A DNA stretch of 57,160 nt, the filler included, from Squatina squatina (taxonomy: Eukaryota), in NCBI GenBank assembly GCA_031763465.1. It is 3 parts of 3 records of this genome, joined end to end, with 100 filler letters (N's around TTAATTAATTAA, not from the genome) between each part and the next. Parts side by side here need not be neighbours in the genome. Positions count along the whole stretch, not along the records: positions 39,803 to 57,160 come from JARFOE010000039.1; 2 more parts are not named here. One strand, given 5' to 3'. The translations under genes were made by a program, and so were the position numbers. Positions 51,049-57,160 of the stretch are shown here, piece after piece (within the stretch, counting starts at the first letter, position 1; the number at the start of each line of letters is the position of its first letter). The notes below the pieces were generated by a model, which was not told the origin of the DNA, did no database searches, and was given only the letters and a program-made list of their open reading frames with translations.

Positions 51049-52422
51049 TCAAATAGACTTGTTTCCTCTTTCCCTACGTTTGAGCTCCTCTTTGTAACAG
51101 TAGGAGCAGTAAAACTCTGTCTCCGGGCGGCCGTAGAAGGGGCAGCTGTGCTGTTTGCATCGGTTTTGTTGTAGGGAATAAGGGGAAGTTGCCATGCTTC
51201 GCCCTTTGGTTTTCTCTCCGCTCTGCCACACTGAGGGAGCGTCCTCATCTGCATATTCTAAGTAGTCACTAACATCACCGGTACCAAACCAATTGGTATA
51301 TGTGTGGNNNNNNNNNNNNNNNNNNNNNNNNNNNNNNNNNNNNNNNNNNNNNNNNNNNNNNNNNNNNNNNNNNNNNNNNNNNNNNNNNNNNNNNNNNNNN
51401 NNNNNNNNNNNNNNNNNNNNNNNNNNNNNNNNNNNNNNNNNNNNNNNNNNNNNNNNNNNNNNNNNNNNNNNNNNNNNNNNNNNNNNNNNNNNNNNNNNNN
51501 NNNNNNNNNNNNNNNNNNNNNNNNNNNNNNNNNNNNNNNNNNNNNNNNNNNNNNNNNNNNNNNNNNNNNNNNNNNNNNNNNNNNNNNNNNNNNNNNNNNN
51601 NNNNNNNNNNNNNNNNNNNNNNNNNNNNNNNNNNNNNNNNNNNNNNNNNNNNNNNNNNNNNNNNNNNNNNNNNNNNNNNNNNNNNNNNNNNNNNNNNNNN
51701 NNNNNNNNNNNNNNNNNNNNNNNNNNNNNNNNNNNNNNNNNNNNNNNNNNNNNNNNNNNNNNNNNNNNNNNNNNNNNNNNNNNNNNNNNNNNNNNNNNNN
51801 NNNNNNNNNNNNNNNNNNNNNNNNNNNNNNNNNNNNNNNNNNNNNNNNNNNNNNNNNNNNNNNNNNNNNNNNNNNNNNNNNNNNNNNNNNNNNNNNNNNN
51901 NNNNNNNNNNNNNNNNNNNNNNNNNNNNNNNNNNTTGAGGCTGAGTTTGACGTCAGTGCTGTACTTCCACTGGTCACCTGGTTTCTCACCCAGAGATTTA
52001 ACAGAGACACTTGACTTGTCAGTTGGAGATGAACTCGCAGATTGTGAAGATGACTCCTCCTTACTTCCCTTACGAGATTTGCTGGATTCTTTCTTCTTGC
52101 CTTTCTCCGCAGTCTCCCCATTCCGTCCGTTGCTGGCGTTTCCCCTACTGATCTTGCCATGTACCAGGCCGCCGAGCCCTCCCATGTTCTTCTTTATTTT
52201 NNNNNNNNNNAGGCTCCCAAGTTTGTTTGCGACAGAGTCGGTCCTGTTCTTTTCCTTGTCCTTCTTTTGTTTATCTCCGTTCTCTTTTTCTTTCTGGTTT
52301 TTGTTCCCATTCAGGTTGGAGTTGCTGCAGATGGAGTCTCTGTCTGACTCCATCGAATCAGCCAGTGAATGAACATCTTCCCCTGCTGAAGCGGTTGGCG
52401 ATTCCGGCTGGGCCAAAGGTGC
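51049..52422 (-). CDS. OTUD7A: OTUD7A (Cezanne-2) long terminal coding exon with C-terminal A20-type zinc finger; interrupted by two gaps
   Basis: gcag| acceptor, then [17 protein letters not shown]...DSVANKLGS...[14 protein letters not shown]...[11 protein letters not shown]; C-terminal [27 protein letters not shown]; TGA stop. Convergent with KLF13 as in human. Confidence 0.93.
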   Translation of the reverse strand, partial: APLAQPESPTASAGEDVHSLADSMESDRDSICSNSNLNGNKNQKEKENGDKQKKDKEKNRTDSVANKLGSXXXXKIKKNMGGLGGLVHGKISRGNASNGRNGETAEKGKKKESSKSRKGSKEESSSQSASSSPTDKSSVSVKSLGEKPGDQWKYSTDVKLSLXXXXXXXXXXXXXXXXXXXXXXXXXXXXXXXXXXXXXXXXXXXXXXXXXXXXXXXXXXXXXXXXXXXXXXXXXXXXXXXXXXXXXXXXXXXXXXXXXXXXXXXXXXXXXXXXXXXXXXXXXXXXXXXXXXXXXXXXXXXXXXXXXXXXXXXXXXXXXXXXXXXXXXXXXXXXXXXXXXXXXXXXXXXXXXXXXXXXXXXXXXXXXXXXXXHTYTNWFGTGDVSDYLEYADEDAPSVWQSGEKTKGRSMATSPYSLQQNRCKQHSCPFYGRPETEFYCSYCYKEELKRRERGNKSI

Positions 52423-52857
52423 CTGCAAGTACAAATAATTCATCAATAAACTCAATAAAAGCATACTTGACCTATACTACAAGACAAAACCATTTAGAAA
52501 AATAACTAAGATCTGTATATTACTACCTGACTGATGTAACAGTTCTGTTCCACAGTTGACACAATATTTGTTAACATTACCAACTACTATACAGTACCGC
52601 ACTCAAAGTGCCACTCTGTGTAAACTCAGACAGCAAGTGCCAGCAGGCTATCCGACTGTGGAGGGCCTCACTTGCCAGCCCAATCGCACACTCACCCAAT
52701 GTCCACACACACACACACACAGAACGGGGGGGTGGGGGGAGGGAATCATCGTACTGACACTTAATGCTCCAGCATTCTCTGCTTCATACATCTACCACTG
52801 TGTTGCAGGACACGAGTGAGCTCGGAGCGCGTCAATCGACCCTGGTGATCACCTGAC

Positions 52858-53027
52858 CTGAGTTCGTCCTCGTTGCCGATCTGATCTGGCAGTTTCAGCT
52901 TCGAGTCGAGGTTGTAGTAGATTCCAGCAACCTCACGCACACCAATCCAGTGCTGCCGTTTGAGGGGAAGCTTCACAGGCCCCCAGCACAAGCTGGAGGG
53001 GATGTTCATAATAAAACCCATCACGTT
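52858..53027 (-). CDS. JOSD1: Josephin-domain deubiquitinase JOSD1 internal exon (5' part lost in gap)
   Basis: [57 protein letters not shown] matches recalled JOSD1, with catalytic His (QHW) and Asp (NLDS); ends at AG|gtcagg donor (phase 2). Confidence 0.85.
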
Positions 53028-53819
53028 NNNNNNNNNNNNNNNNNNNNNNNNNNNNNNNNNNNNNNNNNNNNNNNNNNNNNNNNNNNNNNNNNNNNNNNNN
53101 NNNNNNNNNNNNNNNNNNNNNNNNNNNCTGAACAGAGAGAACAGGCGGGCTTATCCGTCTTTTCTCATTCAGATGCTGGCACTTCCTGTTTTTGTAATTA
53201 AGGATAGCACCATGTAGCGAGACTGCGCACAAACCATCACCCATTATTATTTAGTAATCACTTCAGGTTTTTAACCAGTTCTTGTTTATATCACTTATGA
53301 AGTCGTTAACACACATCATTTAAAATGCTTTAGTTCCCAGCACAAAGCTACAATGTCCTTATCTCATGAGACTTTTCCTGCATTTGAAGCTCACTTTTCA
53401 TTATGTCCCACAAACCGACACACTACAACTTCTAACCCTTTTCTTCAGAAAGCAAAGCTCTTGCTGTGGCTTGAACTCTCAGCCTTGTCTCAGAGGTGAG
53501 AGTGCTTCCACTTAGTCAATATAAATGAAACTGCAACAGTAGGAAAGCAGGCTCATGAGCTGGGCTCTTTTTCTTACTTATCCTTATGTGAAAATTAGTT
53601 TATAACATCGAGTAATTGGGTATTGCCTGACTTTGTTCAAGTTGAATTAATATTTAAGGCCTGGTGTTGAACTAAGCCTCTCTAAACTTCAAGGTTATTT
53701 TGAAAGTGGAAAGTGTGCTTGAATGATCATCATATAACCTGTATGTCCTACATCTGTGAAACTGCCCTATAATCTCGTAGTTGGTCAATCTGGGTTTTGG
53801 GTACTGTATATTGGCATTA

Positions 53820-54023
<204 letters not shown>

Positions 54024-54039
54024 TCAGCACACAATAGTA

Positions 54040-54230
54040 AAATGTGAAAAGCAGAAACCGTTGGAAATACCGGGCAGGCCCATCAGCACCTGAGACAGGT
54101 TAATGTTTCAGGTAGACTCTTCTTCACAACAGTCTGATGAAGGGTCCCACCTCCAACATTAACCTAACCTTTCTTATTCAGGTACTGACTGGCCTGCTGT
54201 GTATTTACAGCACTTTCTGTGATTTCAGGT
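54040..54230. mobile_element. Imperfect palindrome formed by two inverted Penelope-type terminal repeats
   Basis: AGGTTAATGTT pairs with AACATTAACCT, GCAGGCC with GGCCTGC, CAGAAA with TTTCTG; right arm homologous to 17222-17340. Confidence 0.6.
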
Positions 54231-55805
54231 AGTTAATTGACTGGAACATTGACCACAGCATTTGTTGAATTCTGCATTGCAGACCTAAAGCACCATTTGC
54301 AGGCTGGATAAACAGCCCAAAGCGCCAACATCAAATAATGATTTCCATTCTGTTGAAGAACTGAAACTCTTCCGATCTAACTGGCTACTTGAGTCTAACT
54401 GCGCCTGTAATAGGTTTAAATTACCTGCGCTTTAAGTAATTGGCTTGAATAACATCACTGGTATTGATTTTGATGGCTTCCACTCAGTTCCAACGTAATT
54501 AAAATATCGTACAGTTTAAAATCTATGTAAAATAGCAGTGTAATGGTGAGAAGAACAAACCTATTGTGAAGCGGCTGTTACTGAGAGAGGACTGGGGCCG
54601 ACAAGAAGGAACAAGATGCAGCACAAAAATATGGACACGTCTCACAATGACAATTTGTGAATCCGTTTGATTTACACGTATATTTTGTTTAGTTCAACAA
54701 ATTGTGGAGCAATGTGCTAAGCAGATGGATATCCTTTTTATACAAGGAATGGATTCAGCTGGTTAAACGGAGTTCTGAAAGGGCACCTTAATGTTGGCCA
54801 AGCCAAATGGTTTTTTCTTCTTCCTAATTTCTTAATTCTGGTAACAATCTACTGGTGGTTTACAGTGAAGATTATACTCGAGATGGACTAGCTCTTCTTC
54901 ATTTTCTTGGAAGATGGTGGGTCTTGGCATGTCTTCCCGAATGTTTAAAGCTTATCGTCTCCCTCCCCTCACCTGGACAGATACCAACTGTGGCCAAGAG
55001 TGTAGGTGGCAGGCTCTTAGTCTCCAATGCTGTCTTATAACTGGTGGTAAGCGTGTGGTTAAGCGACTTCCCGTGATTTCACTCCTGCTGCATGGCAAAG
55101 CCTAGCCTCTAACTCCATCTCCACATGCAGCGCGGCTGAGATTAGGAACTCAGAAGGGAGAGGCTGAACCTGTACCCCTTCATTCCAGCATGCTGCCCCT
55201 CAGGATTTAACTCCTCAGCTCCACCACCAACTGGTGCACAATTTTAAAGTATAAACACTAGAAAATGGCTGAGGTGCCTCCCAGTGCCAACAGTTCCTAT
55301 TACTAATCTTCAACATTACTGTCCCATTTGTCGGGGCGTTTAAGATATTTTGCTTGACAGCACTTTCTTGTGAACAGGTTAGCGATGGTGCAAAGCATGA
55401 GGAGACTCTAGCAAGCGAACAGAAAGGATGCATTTATTTTTGGAAGATACACATTCTCCTATGAAAACACACCATCTTCTTCCCCCTCACTGCTGGACAA
55501 TGCATCCAGGGGAATGAGGAAGCTCCCCTCTCCCAGGCAAATGCAAATGAGAATGACCTGGTGGAGAATCTCGTCCTATTCCAATCCACCTGCTTAATTT
55601 CACACGATCAAGTGTCTAACCTTTGCTTGGTGCCTCCCCATGTGACATGCCTGTAGAATTCAGTACAAACTGGAGAATGTTGGGCACGCCAGTGACAGAA
55701 AATGGNNNNNNNNNNNNNNNNNNNNNNNNNNNNNNNNNNNNNNNNNNNNNNNNNNNNNNNNNNNNNNNNNNNNNNNNNNNNNNNNNNNNNNNNNNNNNNN
55801 NNNNN

Positions 55806-55940
55806 CGGTTTAATGTTCCATCCAAAAGGCGGCATCACCGACGGTGGTGAGGTGTCAGCCTAGGTTATGTGCTCAAGTCTCCAGCTTGAACCCATAACCT
55901 CTGACTCAGAGGCAAGAGTTCTACCACTGATCCAAAACTA
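55806..55940 (-). mobile_element. Deu-type SINE 5' fragment (tRNA-derived head)
   Basis: GGTTTAATGTTCCATCCAAAAGGCGGCA homologous to 30769-30800; TTGAACCC B-box on minus strand. Confidence 0.6.
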
Positions 55941-57160
55941 ACCCTCAGATTAACCCACTTATAGGTCTGTCACTGCTTACTTAACTTCCCATTTCATTTC
56001 CTAACCTTTCATATACTTGCCCTCTTTTTGTTCCCCGCTCTCTATATTAGCCTCTTGTATAAATTATTAGTACTCGGCATTTTCCATGTCGATGTGCACC
56101 CTTTATAGTGACATTATACTGCATGTACATAACAATTTCAGTTTAAAACTATTTAATATCAAATGTTGTTCATCTTCCTCATTGCATTATGGCTGCTACT
56201 CCACTGATGAATGATGTTGAAGTTTCTGAAATAATCTTTCCCCACCACTAGATGTCCCTGGTTTCTGTTGTAAAAACGACAGAATTTGATGCAGTGACAG
56301 ATTCTACCTGAGCTGACCTGCACTACACTACAACCTCCAAAAGCATTACATCGGATACATAAACAAGCACTTAAGTTTGGTGGTCTGCTCCAAATTGCAG
56401 TTTGGGTTTATATATTTGCTTATTAACTTTATTCTGTTTATGTAACTCGTTGGTTACCATCTGTATGGCATAAATTATGGTCTGAAAATAAGCGATTTAA
56501 ATTATGTAAAAAAACCTGTTTCCTTATATTTAAACTGGATAACTACAAAAAAAACAAGGTCAGAGACTGGAGAAGAAACTCAAATAATTGGAATTTGTTG
56601 CAATTGCAGATATGCTGAATTAGTTAAAGTCACCAAAGTAGCCACTTACCCACCACAGGTGCCTGTATTCTTACTGTAGTGTGTGCGAGGCTCACTGGAA
56701 GCCAGTTTAAGCAGCTCATTCCACTCTCGCTCCCACTCCTCTTCAGTGTAAACCAAACCAGACTAGTTCGCCAAATGAGAAATAGACACATCATTTAAAT
56801 TTGATTCCACATTTTAAATGTGTTTACATAATTGAATGACTAAGTTGTTAGGAAAACAATGATTTAACAGATACATCATATCCTTTGCTGGCATGTTTAC
56901 ATTGCAGAACCACTGAATTCACCCAATTTACACAGGAAGGGGGCAATTAGATGCTGGCAGCAACATTGAAGCAACAGGTGCAAGACTGTGCCTGTACTAC
57001 ATATGAAGCTACTTCCAGACTGAGTTCTTTACTTTGCTGTATATGGAGCTGCAGAGTGTTGGGGGAAGGTCCATAAAGGCTAGCAATCCTGTTGCTATCT
57101 TGTACAAGTAGACCGACAGCTCAGCCGCAGCCAAACAAAATAGTGCCCCCACAATATATA

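Noticed and set aside
52201-52210. Apparent 3-codon deletion in OTUD7A (GS....K versus recalled GSFSKTLGIK)
   Set aside because: Falls on a nominal 10-N placeholder gap.
52422-52858. In-frame JOSD1-OTUD7A fusion deubiquitinase
   Set aside because: Donor is phase 2 and acceptor phase 0, so direct splicing frameshifts.

Overview
Eukaryotic vertebrate genomic DNA, most likely a cartilaginous fish (shark). This is inferred from the repeat landscape (CR1, L2, RTE, Deu-type SINE and Penelope-type relics) and from gene sequences recognised from memory; no database search was run. The assembly is highly fragmented: short contigs joined by 10-N, 100-N and sized gaps, plus two artificial N44-TTAATTAATTAA-N44 joiners at about 17.9 kb and 39.7 kb. 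Bases 1-39.7 kb hold no recognisable host gene: AT-rich non-coding DNA, retroelement relics, a decayed PIF/Harbinger-like element and two minisatellites. Bases 39.8-53 kb carry a collapsed version of the conserved human-15q13.3-type block: four TRPM1 exons (-), an intronic miR-204/211 hairpin (-), the last KLF13 coding exon (+, missed by the ORF track) and the last OTUD7A exon (-). An unexpected JOSD1 exon follows. Best leads: a position-9 variant of miR-204/211, two seed sites for it in the neighbouring KLF13 3'UTR, a minimal hammerhead-ribozyme motif in a Penelope-type repeat, and the JOSD1 exon next to OTUD7A. No prokaryotic systems or CRISPR arrays are supported.
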